DNA from: Octopus vulgaris
Lineage: Eukaryota
DNA length: 64,000 nt
Reading direction: 5' to 3'
Assembly (NCBI GenBank): GCA_951406725.2
Contig: OX597839.1
Coordinates: 36,704,001-36,768,000 of the forward strand
Every line of letters begins with the position of its first letter. The first letter of the stretch is position 1. This document shows positions 24,125 to 37,865 of this stretch, piece after piece. The notes beneath the pieces are model-generated. The model was not told the DNA's origin. It made no database searches and worked only from the letters and a program-made list of their open reading frames with translations. A program made the translations under genes and the position numbers.

Positions 24125-24315
24125 GTCCTCCTCAGATTGACACCAAAACTCACTGAAATGTTCATACTGGAACTTTCAGCGTGAATGCCAGGCAGTAAAT
24201 TTCTGACTGAGTGAACTGTGTCATGGTGCTTGCTTTTTTCACAGATGGTGGCCAAACAATGCACATGCGCAAAATTAAAAATATAAAAAGGGGACAATTC
24301 ACCCATTACACCCTC
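24125..24315 (-). mobile_element. maT 5' end (terminal repeat + N-terminus), decayed
   Basis: Reverse complement TA|GAGGGTGTAATGGGTGAATTGTCCCC aligns with 62456 onward; encodes MNISVSFGVNLR. Confidence 0.7.
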
Positions 24316-24780
24316 TATATTGTTATATTTCAGGATGGTCATTTTTTTTTCTTACCAAATAAACACACACGCACAATATATTTGTACTTCACTTGTTTAA
24401 TTCTGTTCTTATTTTATATATATATATAAATATACAGAAGAATATGTTTGTGGCATTTTTTTAACTTCTAAAGGCAAATTCACTGCAGTTACCATGGAGA
24501 AAAAATTTTTTTCTTATGGTAAAAGGTATAAAAACACTGTATCTGCTCAGTGCTTCCTCCTCTTGCGTTTAGAAGTAAAAATATGTCTCAAATGTATTTT
24601 AACTAGCCTAAAATTTGTTTATTCCTCATCACTGCCTGCTGCTGATGCTGGTTATGTATCTCAGGTCATTAAGGAGGAAATGTCCGATTTTGAACTGAAA
24701 GTTTATTTTACTTTATCTCGGCAAAAAGCGATGCAGTTAATCAAAGTTTGCACCTAAATTATCAACACAATTTTGCCATT

Positions 24781-25200
24781 TTATCGGTAGCTTATCTCTG
24801 CTGGCAGCGAAGAATTCTGGAGAGCAAAAGGTGATGAAATCACGAAAGGCTGTTTTTGCATCCTCTTCAGATTTGAACTGTTTTTTCCTTGCAAAAAGTT
24901 GTCTAATGTCTGGAAAATGTGATAGTCATTTAGTGCAAGGTCTGGTGAATATGATGGATGACAGAGTACTTCCAAGTTCGGTTCCCGTTACCTGAGTAGC
25001 ATTCTTTGTGCAACATGTGGTTGAGCATTGTCTTGCAAGAGAATTGGCCTGTCTCTGTTGACCAATCTCGGTTGTTTAATTGTAAGTTCACTCATCATTT
25101 CATCCAATTGGATGATGTATACATCCGCTGTAATTGACTTAGCAGGTCTCATGAAGCTGTTGTGGATGACACCAGCACTGGACCACAAAATAGACATCAA
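24781..25200 (-). mobile_element. mariner (DD34D-type) transposase catalytic-domain pseudogene
   Basis: LWSSAGVIH..ITADVY..PILLQDNAQPH and EVLCHPSYSPDLALNDYHIF. Confidence 0.9.
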
Positions 25201-25364
25201 ACAATATATTACAAAAATAGTTCGTTTTTATGTTGTGACTGCAAAGAATGGCAAGTTTCAAAATGTTAATATTTTGATACATTTAGGGTCCCCACCCTGA
25301 CACCTCATCAGTATTATATTATCTCTTTCCAGCTGCACCTTGGTGGCTTCCAGCCTCTCTGTTA

Positions 25365-25706
25365 TGATGTGAGTAGTCATGTAGCTCCTCTGCAGCAAGA
25401 AATCTATTCTGTTCTGGCCCTTTCTGTCATATATTTAACTCCTCATCTTCTTCCTCTCAACTGTACCTCAATTCAGTTGAAGGGGATTTCAGTCTTACAA
25501 GTTATATGGAGATCTCACTAGTGCTGGCACCAGGAAAAGCACCCAGTACACTCTACTAAGTGGTTGGCATTGGGAAGGGCTTCCATCAGTAGAAGCCATG
25601 CCAAGGCAGACAGTGGAGCAAGATGCAGTCTTTGGACTAACTGGGTCCTGTCAAACCATTTAATCTATGCCAGCATGGAACACAGATATTAAATGATGAT
25701 GATGAT
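25365..25706 (+). mobile_element. Older family-B subfamily RTE 3' UTR
   Basis: AAAGCACCCAGTACACTC..TGGTTGGCATTGGGAAGGGC..(GAT)n; the upstream part matches the reverse complement of 60500-60815. Confidence 0.7.
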
Positions 25707-26720
25707 ACCAAGGGACTCCAACCTGGTTATCCAGGTCAGAGTGCATGTGTGTATTTGTGTGTGTGTATATATATGTATATAATATTAAGATTCAGTTGAA
25801 TTAGGTCCTTAAATTGAGGCACTTTGCCAGTTCAGTACAGTCCACACAGCTCTAAGTTAGGTGAACAGAATGTAAATAAGTAACAAAGATCTACAGGTGT
25901 TGATACATTTTGGCTTATATTATAAAATGTAAATTTATTAGAAATGGCTTATCTTTTACGTTTGAAATCTATATGGTCATCTGCATCTGAAGAGAGTGGT
26001 TTCTTTCAAATTGATGAAATGTCTTCATTGATCAATTAAATAGAGCCAGCAGTGGAATACGTGCCATGAGTGAACTCCCGTGTGACTTTGCGTACACATT
26101 GTATATTTGGTCAGTACTTGTGAATGTGTGCATGATTGGAGAGGCATATCTCTTATATCCTTAAACTGTTGAATTGACCTGATGCCCACTTTGGTTTACA
26201 GTATACTCAGTAAAACCAGTAAAGACACGGCCATCCCTGACTGCCTACTATGTACTCTCGTACTTCACGTACTTCTCTTTACTTATAGTGACTAGGTTAT
26301 TCCATTTGTCATGGGGAAGGGGTGTACCATTATTACTAATTCCCTACAACAAAATCGTATTTGCTTTAGTAAGTATGCATGTGTCCATACACATTGTTAG
26401 TGCACAGGTGCACTGTTCGTGACTCTACCTTGGTGCCTTTGCTATTTAAACACCTTGATTCTATCAGATCCTAAAAATTTTATAATGCACACACACATAC
26501 ACACACACACTCACACACACATGCACACACACACATACATGGTTAGCTGTCACTTGTAACCAAGTACAAACTTGTAGCTTGTTCCATGGTTTTGCCTTTC
26601 AATTTAGACACTTATGTAGTTGCAAGTGGATAAAGATACCCACTCAGCCCTCCCATCCATGGTCCAGCAGAACTTCAAGCCTGTGATAACTGGGAAGAGA
26701 GAAAGAAAGAGAGAGAGAGT

Positions 26721-26772
<52 letters not shown>

Positions 26773-27229
26773 GTAGCTGGCTTGTGTTCATTTTTAGTTA
26801 AGAGTGGAGTCATGTGAAATGATGTTCCTTGTTCAAAGATACAGCCTGCTGCCCAGTCCAGGAGTAATCAAACCCATGGCCTGATCTTATGATCGGGTGG
26901 TTTGGCAGAAGCCAGCAGGCCAGAGGACTGAGCCAAGCCCCAGGGTCTGCTTGGTATGGTTTCTATGGCTGAATACTTTGCTTAATGTGGACTGCTTTAT
27001 AGAATGTACTGAATACTTTCGACAGGGCATCAACACCAGTGAAATCACTAAATGACTTGCAAGACAAAACCTCCTTAACCGAGAGAGGTGTAGTATTGAA
27101 AGAGGCGGGTTTATGCCTTGGTGATGAGAAGTTAGGGTATAATACAGGGACAGGTGTTTTGCTACATTGTGACCCCTGTTGGAAAACGGGGTAGATGGTA
27201 GTGACGACCCTCAAGTGACAGGAAGTGAC

Positions 27230-27368
27230 ATAGCTTGCTTAGAAGCCACATAGTTCTGGGTTCAGTCCCACTGCGTGGCATCTTGGGCAAGTGTCTTCCA
27301 CTATATTCTCGGGCCGACCAAAGCCTTGTGAGTGGATTTGGTAGACGGAAACTGAAAGAAGCCTGTCG

Positions 27369-27400
<32 letters not shown>

Positions 27401-27418
27401 ACACAGACATATATATAA

Positions 27419-27452
<34 letters not shown>

Positions 27453-27660
27453 TTGTGGGTCTGTGTTTGTCCCCCCAACATCGCTTGACAACTGATGCTG
27501 GTGTGTTTACGTCACCGTAACTTAGCAGTTTGGCAAAAGATATCGATAGAATAAGTACTAGGCTTACAAAGAATAAGTCCTGGGGTCGATTTGCTCGACT
27601 AAAAAGGTGGTGCTCCAGCATGGCCACAGTCAAATGACTGAAACAAGTAAAAGAGTAAAG
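27230..27660 (+). mobile_element. SINE A (slightly 5'-truncated)
   Basis: Matches the A consensus. Confidence 0.88.
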
Positions 27661-28175
27661 GCATGGTCAATTGTGAATATCAGTTTGGTGGGGGGAAGGT
27701 GGAGGAAATAGAAGTGGGTGAGGGAGGCAATAGGTGAGAGCACAGATGATGTGAAATGTGTGGGGACGGGGTTGCAGAGAGTTGCATAGTGCCAGGGACC
27801 GGGTGAGAGGTACATAGGAATGGTAATAGTGGGAGATGAACAGAGGAGGAGGAGGGAGGCTGCCCCTTGGCAAAATGAGAGGATGTTCAAGGGAAAAAGG
27901 GAAGTGGGAGGGGTATTCGGGGGTGGGGAATAAATCGGTAAAAGATGGTACTGAGAATGTGGGAGACAAGTGGATTCAAGGAGGGTGAATGATAGGGGGT
28001 GTGTGTGAAATATGTGCAATTCCCTGCTCTCATAATTACGACAGTTGAATGAACAGTGCCATAATCAAGAGGGATGGAGGGGTGAGTGTTAGGAAGATGA
28101 TTAGTGGGGGAGAGAGACATCAATCAGGGACAGATTGTGTGCAGGGGCATAGGCATGAACGATATGCTTTTAGGA

Positions 28176-28407
28176 AGGCGGCGAGCTGGCAGAAATGTTA
28201 GCACGCCGAGCGAAACGCTTAACAGTATTTCGTCTGTCGCTACGTTCTGAGTTCAAATTCCGCCGAGGTCGACTTTGCCTTTCATCCTTTCGGGGTCGAT
28301 AAATTAAGTACCAGTTTCGCACTGGGGGGTCGATGTAATCGACTTAATCCCTTTGTCTGTCCTTGTTTGTCCCCTCTGTTTAGCCCCTTGTGGGCAGTAA
28401 AGAAATA
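28176..28407 (+). mobile_element. SINE C, full length, 15-bp target-site duplication
   Basis: GGCGGCGAGCTGGCAGAA head, B box GAGTTCAAATTC, core GTCGACTTTGCCTTTCATCCTTTCGGGGTCGATAAATTAAGTACCAG; GATATGCTTTTAGGA at 28161 and 28408. Confidence 0.92.
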
Positions 28408-28642
28408 GATATGCTTTTAGGATCTCATTTTTGTTTAGATGGATGTGTTATCACGAGCACAGGAAATCACAAGTCTTCTTGGTTCCTTGTCATTTCCTCT
28501 GTATGTCCCAATGGAGGTCATTCTTCACTGCTTAGTCTCATGTCTTCCTGGATCTCCTTCTTTCACAGGTCCCATCCACATTTGATAGCACTTGATGCCA
28601 TAGTCTTGCAAGAGACTAACTTGTCCAAAATAAATAAATTAC

Positions 28643-29006
28643 ATCATCATCATCATCATCATCATTTAACGTCTGCTTTCTATGCTGGCATGGGTTGGAC
28701 AGTTTGACTGAGGGCTGGCAAGCCAGAAGGCTGCACCAGGCTCCAATCTGACCTGGCAAAATTTTTACAGCTGGATGCCCTTCCTAATGCCAACCACTCA
28801 GAGTGTGTAGTGGGTACTTTTACGTGCCACCAGTATGAGGGCCAGTCAGGCAGTACTGGCATTGGCCATGCTCAAATGTTGCTTTTTATGTGCCACCTGC
28901 ACAGGAGCCAGTCCAGCGGCACTGGCAACGACCACGCTCGAATGGTGCTTTTTATGTGCCACTGGCACGGAAGACAGTCAGCAGCCCTGGCAACGATCAC
29001 GCTCAA
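28643..29006 (-). mobile_element. Family B RTE 3' UTR, three hairpin units
   Basis: Matches the B consensus on the minus strand. Confidence 0.88.
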
Positions 29007-29180
29007 TAGCCAAAATGTAAGGAAGGTAACAGTCAAGGTGAGACATGACATTATTAATGCATGATATAAAAATTCCTCATCTCCGAAATACAGAACTGTT
29101 TCTCCATTTGGCATGAAGCTTACACAAGGCATCAGTTGAGGTTTATAAGCCTTAAAAATTTCACTCTGACACAGCCCACA

Positions 29181-29310
29181 GGCATAGAATGTGGATAAGG
29201 GCACTGGTGAAGGCAGTGCATTCACTTAGAAGTCCTGAGTTTAATTCCAGGTGAATCACAAATCACCTGAAGAAGGCTGGAGCATACACAGCCAAAAAAC
29301 ATAGTGATAG
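29181..29310 (+). ncRNA. tRNA-like head followed by a decayed type I hammerhead ribozyme motif
   Basis: ATCAC-CTGAAGA-A-GGCTG(9 nt)CAGCC-AAAAAAC-ATA-GTGAT; upstream hairpin GCACTG/CAGTGC and B-box-like GAGTTTAATTCC. Confidence 0.55.
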
Positions 29311-30425
29311 CAACAATCGAGGACACCACTCTAACTTATACATAATATATTAATGATTGTTTTATGTTATACATAAAAAAACACTTTAGCAATAAACTGA
29401 AGGGTTATTGAATCACGCAGTACATTTGTAGAGCACATATTTATTAACTTTTACATGGAAAAAGGCTGAGAGTCAGGTGAAGGCAAAGGAACAATTTCAA
29501 AGTCCTTGTCGACATTTTCCTTTTCAAAAGATAATATATATTAAAAGAGGATGAGGACAGTGGCTCAATGGGGGAGAAGAGAGGGGTTTGTCACCTTTTT
29601 GTACCTTTGCTCTGACACCCTATCCCTACCGCCTTTCTTCTTTCCAGCTGCTCCCACCCATCCTTGTATAATGCAGGGTAACCCTGTATGTACTCTATAG
29701 TAAGACAGCTAGGCTTGTCCGCCTCTCATACTTTAGTCTCTCAATTTCTTGTACAGTGCCATCTCTCCCCCTCTCAAATAGTCTCCTCCGTTAGTCGAGA
29801 GGTCTGTTACTTTTCCTTTTCTTGTCTTCCAAGTTAAATGGAGAACTCACTGATCTCCAAGGAACTTGCAAGACACACACACACACACACACATACGAAC
29901 GCACGCACAAGATGTACCCAATAGCCATTGTAAAGTATTTAGCATTAGGAAGGGCACCGAGCCATAGAAGCCAAGGCAAACATTGAAGCCCAGTGCTGCC
30001 CTGTGGCTCGCTGGATCCTGTCAAACTGTCCAACCTATGGAAAACGGACGTTGAAGATGATGATAACGATCTGTGTGTGTGTGTGTGTGTCATAGTGGCC
30101 TGTGAGTTGCTTAATAAATCACATCAATGAAAACAGCCGTCCTCATTCAATGAGTTTTATGGTCCGTGATAATACTGTAATATTTCAACATATAATTAAT
30201 AACGGCCTTGATTTGGCTTTGCAGGCCAGTCACCGTAGATGTGTGTTTGTGTTTGTGTGTGTGTTGTATTTTATCGTGGTAGGTATCTTTATTAAGTGTG
30301 CACATCTTGACAGCGTAATACATTAGTGTAGAATTACGTATACCTACATCGTTTCTGTGTATATGCATCTATGCGTATATATTTGTATTTATGCAGTAAT
30401 GTAGCAGTGTGTGCTAGATCGATCG

Positions 30426-30614
<189 letters not shown>

Positions 30615-30671
30615 CCACTATCGTTTTCACATTGCTTTTGTTGTTTCGCTTTGTCTTTATTTTTCTTTCAG

Positions 30672-30716
30672 GCGCATCAAACACTAGATTCTGTTCTTTT
30701 TCAAATACTATTAACC
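30672..30716 (+). other. Candidate 45-nt internal exon
   Basis: Long pyrimidine tract TTTGTCTTTATTTTTCTTTCAG| ... AACC|GTGAGT; two of three frames are open. Confidence 0.4.
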
Positions 30717-31283
30717 GTGAGTCGAGGAAGATTTTGCTGTTATTTCTAGCCGGTCTAACGACCGAATAATCCTTCCTCGTTTGCTCATTCGTGCGCGCTG
30801 TGTAGTGTAGTTGCCGTTTAGCGTAACAGTACGTGTGTGTATGTGTGTGTGTGTCTGTCTGTCTATGTATGTATATATATTTATATGTCTGTTACTTCGT
30901 CTAACATTGTTATAGGTGCGTGCGTGTGTGTGTGTGTGCGCGCACAGTTGTCATATTGCGTAACAATATGTGTGTGTGTGTGTGTGTGTATATGTGTTTA
31001 TGTCTATTTGTGTAAGCTGTCGCTATCATCTTACACCGTACTAGGTTCGTGTGTGGAATACGCATATGTAAACGTGTGTTTATATATATACATACATATA
31101 TATATATATATCTAACATACGTATGTGTGAGTATCTGTGTGTGTGTGTGTAGGTGCGTGATTAAACCACAGTGAACATGGCGCTACAAACAAGTGTTTCT
31201 GTGGTAAATGAAGACGACTGAACGATAGAAAGAAAGAGAAAGAAAAGAAATCACATATACATTATATATATATATATATATAT

Positions 31284-31325
<42 letters not shown>

Positions 31326-31446
31326 TATTTACATATATGTATAAAGCGAGAGAGAGTGAAAGGGAGAGAGAAAGAAGTTTATTTTGTCACCGGGGGAAGC
31401 AGTTGTTACATTAATTGAAGGCAAGTAAAATGTCTTTTATTTCATG

Positions 31447-31490
<44 letters not shown>

Positions 31491-31661
31491 TATATATACA
31501 CACACACCACACCACTTCTCTCCGTCACGCCACAAGAGATGATGATGACGACGATGATAATGATGATGTTAATGATGATGCTGGTGTCGTTTTCATCATC
31601 TCTGGTGGTGATGATAGAAAGAAAACCAGACACACACATTTAACCGTAAACATCACCTTGG

Positions 31662-31694
<33 letters not shown>

Positions 31695-31924
31695 ACAATT
31701 CCTATAATTTTTGTTTTGTTTCATGCTTGTATCGGTGAAAGATACAGAGAGAGAGAGAGAGAGAGAGAGCGGAAAGAAGAGAGATTAGTGGTGTGTTTTA
31801 ATTGCGTGGACAGGATGAATGCCTCGGCAACACTTTATATTCAGAGCAAGCACCGATCGCGATCACACACATTAACATCGTAAGATAAACATGGTACCAC
31901 CATAACACACCGTAACCTACGTGC

Positions 31925-32555
31925 ACGCACACACACTACTACCACAACATACTATTGTGCATAACTACCACCATACTACTATAACACAAACTACTGCTAC
32001 TACATACAACACTATAACACCGTGTCACAACACAATGCCACCATAACCAACACATACCACCCCTACCACTACATACTAGCACCACAACATCACAGTACAC
32101 TTCAATATACCACTACCACACATACCACATTACCAAACACATACATACACCACCACCACAACATACCATAGTAAACTTACAACACACCACTCTACACTAC
32201 CACCAACACATTTTCCTAAAACACCACTACACAATATCATGACCAACATAACACATCATATACTACCACAAAAACTCAACCGCACTACAATGTACCACTC
32301 TATACTACCACCGTCACATTACTCGAACACAGACTACTACATACAACATCGCAAACTACCACCGTAACATAGCATTATACACTACAACGCACCGCTATAT
32401 ACCACCACCACCACAGCTGTATCACACTACACATTTATACACAGCATCACATTTATACACACCGCAGTACACTACCATCTCCACATCATTATAGCACACA
32501 CTACTGTATACTACAACCCGTACCACTACATACAACTGGCACCACAACACACCAA
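31925..32555. repeat. G-poor (ACC/ACT/ACA) cryptic low-complexity tract
   Basis: Directly visible; a similar tract lies at 54080-54500. Confidence 0.85.
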
Positions 32556-33497
32556 ACTGTCGCCTGTCTCTTTGAGAAACAGTTTCTGAATTCGCTGAAC
32601 GATTTCGTGTTGTGTATAAAACACAATGTGTAGAAGAATTGTTTATGCTATTATATTACAGTGTGTTTATTATTGCTGTATCGTGTAGAGACTTTGTAAA
32701 TAGTGTGTGTATGGGTTGTAGTGTGTATATAATATTGTGTATGGGGTGTTGTGTGGTATATAATGTGTGTATGGGTTGTAGTGTTTGTCGATATTGGAAA
32801 TTGTGTGGGTTGAGTGAACTGTTTCAATGGAACATATAACCCCAGTGTGTGGTATGTATGTATGTATGAATGAAAAGTGTACCATGCAGACACATATACG
32901 TTCGTGTGTGTATATATATATATTTATTCATATTAAATACTTATTAAACACACACACACAAAATGCTGTGTTATTCTACCGTTGTTCCTTGCATTTCGAT
33001 AATTCTCACAAAATGTCCGTTTTCTACAATTTAACTTCCTTAAACAATATCTTCTCACGTTCATGTATTTTATGCTTTATTTAAAATCACCAATTTCTTC
33101 CTCATAACCAATTTGTCTCACCGTCAACAATGAAGTGAAACCTCACCTATTGGTGTTCTGTGTGCGGCTGTATAGCTGTCACCTTATTTTGTGTGTGTGT
33201 GCCTCTGCATGTATTTGCGTGTGTGTCTGACAAAGCGTATCCTTGTATTTCATAGAGCATGTCCGCTGTGTGTATGAAAACCTTTCTATGTATTTCACAG
33301 ACCGTTCCCTTGCATATATTTACCTGTGTGTATTTTGTAGAGCAATGTCCTTGTGTGTATGCCTTTGTTTAAAGAAGAGTGCATGATTCTCTATATATGC
33401 ATTGTGTGTGTGTGTGTTGTTCTTGAGTTTGTTTTGTGTGTAATGTAACTGTACCTCTTGGTTTCTGTGTATGTGCGCCCTTTCAGTGTCATTTGTG

Positions 33498-34000
<503 letters not shown>

Positions 34001-34114
34001 TTGAGATAGAAGTCGTCAGGATTTTGGAAATACGAGAAAGGAGCGAAAGCGCTAATTATAAGGAAGAAATAAAAACGTTTTTTTTTCCAAAATTCTGACG
34101 ACTTTTTTTCTCAA
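34001..34114. repeat. Fold-back with ~30-bp arms
   Basis: TTGAGATAGAAGTCGTCAGGATTTTGGAAA versus TTTCCAAAATTCTGACGACTTTTTTTCTCAA. Confidence 0.85.
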
Positions 34115-34141
34115 AATTCAATTTCTGTATATCACACCTAA

Positions 34142-34198
<57 letters not shown>

Positions 34199-34959
34199 AT
34201 TTATAGAAACATAAATCCGAAGTGCACGTGTGTGTGCATGCATGCATGTATGTATGCATGTATGTATGTGTGTGTGTGTGTATGCATGTATGTATGTGTG
34301 TATGTATGTATGTATGCATGCATGTAAGTATGTGCGTGCGTGCGTGCGTGTCCAAGCGTGTGTGCATATAAGCTGATTCCTCTATTTACATATCGCATTT
34401 CGTTGCAGTATCTTAGCAACCACGAGAAAAAGAGAGATAGAGAGGGTGCTGAGAGGTAGAGACAGTGTGTGTGTGTGTGTCAGTCACCGCTTGAACCCCT
34501 GCCGCGGGTTCGATTTATAACACGCCTTTCATTCCAAGCATGACACACTTTCAATTTCCCCTCTCTCCCTCCCTGTCTCTCTCTTCCTTTCTCTCTCTCT
34601 ATCTCTCTCTCTCTCTCTAATTTTCTCTTTCTGAAATCCCTCTTAATTACCAATTCAATTAATACTGTGTATCGATTTTAATATTTATTTTGATTTATCA
34701 ATATGTTTTTTAATGGTCGACGAGGTTAATTATTCTACGTCCTCCCCTGTTTTATAATCTGTCTCCCGTCAAATCTGTCACTTTCGTCTCTTTCTGCCCT
34801 CGCCCACCACCACAGAGCAAACAAAGCAGCTCTACTACTACTACTACTACTCCTCCTCAGCCTCTCAACAAAGATGCAAATGACAGCCAGGTCTCCCCAC
34901 CTCTCTTTCACCTTCGACTGTCTTCTTATTGCGTCCCAGGTTGCATTCTGTTGCTAAGA

Positions 34960-35565
34960 CATGCTAAAATGACGAGATGGTCATGTACTGGAATGGCTGT
35001 TTGATCATAGGTCCGTTCAATTAGAACCTTCAGGGAAGGAGCAAAACAGCAACAACAACATCAACACCACCAGTAATAATGACAGCTGTGAAGAAGCCTC
35101 TATGTTGTGGCCATTCGCCCTGCAATAATATAGCATCCGACTCTGTGCGCCCTCTCCTCAAACCAACATCTGTTGCCTTAATAAAAGGCATAAATGGGAT
35201 AATGTCATCTATATTATATACTTGTTAGAAATACAGGATGGTCACGGATGGAATTCTTTTTTTTTTTTTTTTTTGTGTTTGAATGATGATAGAGGTCTGT
35301 CTGCTTGATCAGGGCTGGTATTTCTTCTGGATTTTTACTTTTCTAATTTCAAATTCTGCCAAGGTCAGCTCTATCTTTCATCCTATCGGGGGTCGATAAA
35401 ATAGGTACCAGTACCAGCTGAGCACTGGCATTAATGTAACAGACTTACCCCCTCCCCTCAAAACAGCTGGCCTTATGCCAAAATTTGAAACCCCACCTCC
35501 TTCTTCATCATAATCATCATCATCATCATCATCATATTCTTCTTCTTCTTCTTCTTCTTCTTCTT

Positions 35566-35596
<31 letters not shown>

Positions 35597-36960
35597 TTAT
35601 TATTATTATACAGTAGTTATATATTCTCATATTTATGGAGTCGTGGTGGAGTGAGGAGATGATATTGTGAAGTTAGTGGCTGTCGTGTCTTTCCTAGAAG
35701 TGATATTGACAACAATATGGTGTTTGTAGATGCCCCTCCCCTGTACACACACAGACACACACACACACATCAGGTGTACTCTGACCAACTGACCAGATAT
35801 ATGATTAAAGACATTCCATCAGTGACCTTTGTCCCTCCCTCCCTCCCCACTTCTGTCCTTCTTTGCATGTGGCTGTATCTAGGACTACATGTGTCACCCC
35901 ACCCACCCAGCCATCCTCCATTTTTTTTTCTTGGTCTTTGTAGACAGTAAGGATATAAATTGAGGGAAATTTGGCTGCTATTTCTACCAGGCTGGAAGAC
36001 CACAGTTGAACCTGGTTGCACTGTGAAAGGCAGCAACAGCAGTGGTGGTGGATGTTGACCACCAGGACAATTGTTGTTAATGGTTTTATTTAGCCCCAGG
36101 TCAGCTATGACTGAGCAAGGCAAGACTTATCATTACAGTCGTTCCATGCATGACTGCCCTGTCTGTTGATTGTTTTTTTCTTCTTCCAATTTTCAATTTT
36201 TTTTTTATCAGGCTGTGTGAATATTCAAGGGCCACATAGTGTCATGTGTCCTTTTCGTAGAAGGAAGAAGGGGTGGAGAAAGGATGTAATTTGAGAGCAA
36301 TTTGGCTGCTATTTCTGGTGAGCACGTCAAATGACTGCATAAGAAGCTTGTGACATATGGTTACATGCATGTGATGATGATGATGATGATGGTGTTAGAT
36401 TGTGGTGGTGGTGGTGGTGGATAATGTTGTCGGTTTATACTGTTGTTCCTTTTTCTGGGCATTTTCTAGATCATTGTTGCTGTTTATTCTGTCTGTGTGT
36501 CCAGGCCAGCATTATTGATATTGAAGCACTTCCTTCCTTCCATACATACTTTACAAAAAAAGAAAAAGAAAGAAAAAAAAGAATCATCATCATTGTCATT
36601 GTCACTCCCTCCTCTGCCTCCTCCACCTCCCTCTTCCAAGCTCCTCCTCCACCATCACATTCTCAGACTACCCCTCATCCTTACATTCATTATAATAACT
36701 GCCACCATTATATTCCTTTCTCTCCTCACGATCATCATTAACATCACCAAATAGGGAGCGTCTAGTTTCTATATGGTTGCTAGACCGGCTAGAAACAGCA
36801 GCCAAATTCCTTTTAAACCACACTCGTAAAGGAAGGACAGGTAGGATAATAATGTTGGTCTAGGATATCAGTGAAATAGAAATGAAGAAAAAAAAAACCT
36901 GGGATGGCACACCTGGAATCTTTGATCAAAGGTCTGCTGGGTCAGAGCTGACAAACACCA
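34960..36960. mobile_element. Cluster of old family-F fragments in both orientations, plus a SINE C remnant (35345-35490)
   Basis: Recurrent ATTTGGCTGCTATTTCT, GATCATAGGTC and TTTAGCCCCAGGTCAGC motifs. Confidence 0.6.
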
Positions 36961-37094
36961 CCATACTGTGCATGCTCTGCCTCCTACTCCTCCTCTTCTT
37001 ATTGCTCTTCTTCTCACCATCATCATCAACATCATCATCATCAACATAATGTTCGGCCAATCCACAGAACCATCATGACCCAGCATGAATTGGG

Positions 37095-37865
37095 CTTCTG
37101 CACTTTTTTGCACCTTTAATCTGCACTCACATGTGCACCTGCTTAAGTATGCACAGTTTACTGCATTTCACCATTGCAGCTGCTTCTACAATCATTGATT
37201 CTTGCACTTCAGTGTGCACCTGTGTTGGGGACTTAATATGCACCTTATGGCGCACCATACAGCATAATGCAACTAAATAAGTGCATGTGTTTTACATACT
37301 GCTGTGCACCAAGACCTACAGACGAGTGTTTTGCAACACTCCACTGAGCACCCGTTGTGCATACTTCAGTATGCACAGGTTCCTGCACTCTCCTGCTCTT
37401 CTTATTCAGAAGGACATGAGCATGCACATTTCCCCCGGAGGACAACTTGCATCTCTTCATGGTGCCAACTGTGTGCATTTCAACGTGCATTCAGACATCA
37501 CAACTATTTACTTCATAACACTATTCACCCCTCTGCAACATTGCATTGTGAATTTCCTTGCAGCCTTTCTCGCTGTGCCCCAGTGCATCACTGCACACAG
37601 CCACCATCAATGCAACTTCATCTGCTGGATATGCAGATGCATCTGTCCTGCTCTTTCACAACTCAGTTATGCAGCAAGATGACCGGTCATGCACCACTCC
37701 AGCACATTTTCCCAATGTGCACCAATATATTTATTTTATTATGCACACTGTTCTGCAGCTTGTTGCATCTTTTCTGATGTCAATCTGCACCTCTTGTTGT
37801 GCCAGGGACTTCTGCATTTGCTTCAGTATCTACATCTTTATACGAGTGTGCAGCTAATGCAAAAT
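37095..37865. repeat. TGCA-saturated cryptic repeat
   Basis: About 39 TGCA in ~770 bp by manual count. Confidence 0.85.

Noticed and set aside
25333-25368. 36-nt exon candidate (TTTCCAG|...|GTGAGT)
   Set aside because: The donor is part of an old RTE 3' UTR (same motif at ~60805-60815 on the minus strand); likely a pseudo-exon.
37281-37777. 133-aa and 157-aa Cys/His/Ala-rich ORFs
   Set aside because: Composition follows from TGCA saturation; overlapping frames are open and no domain is recognisable.
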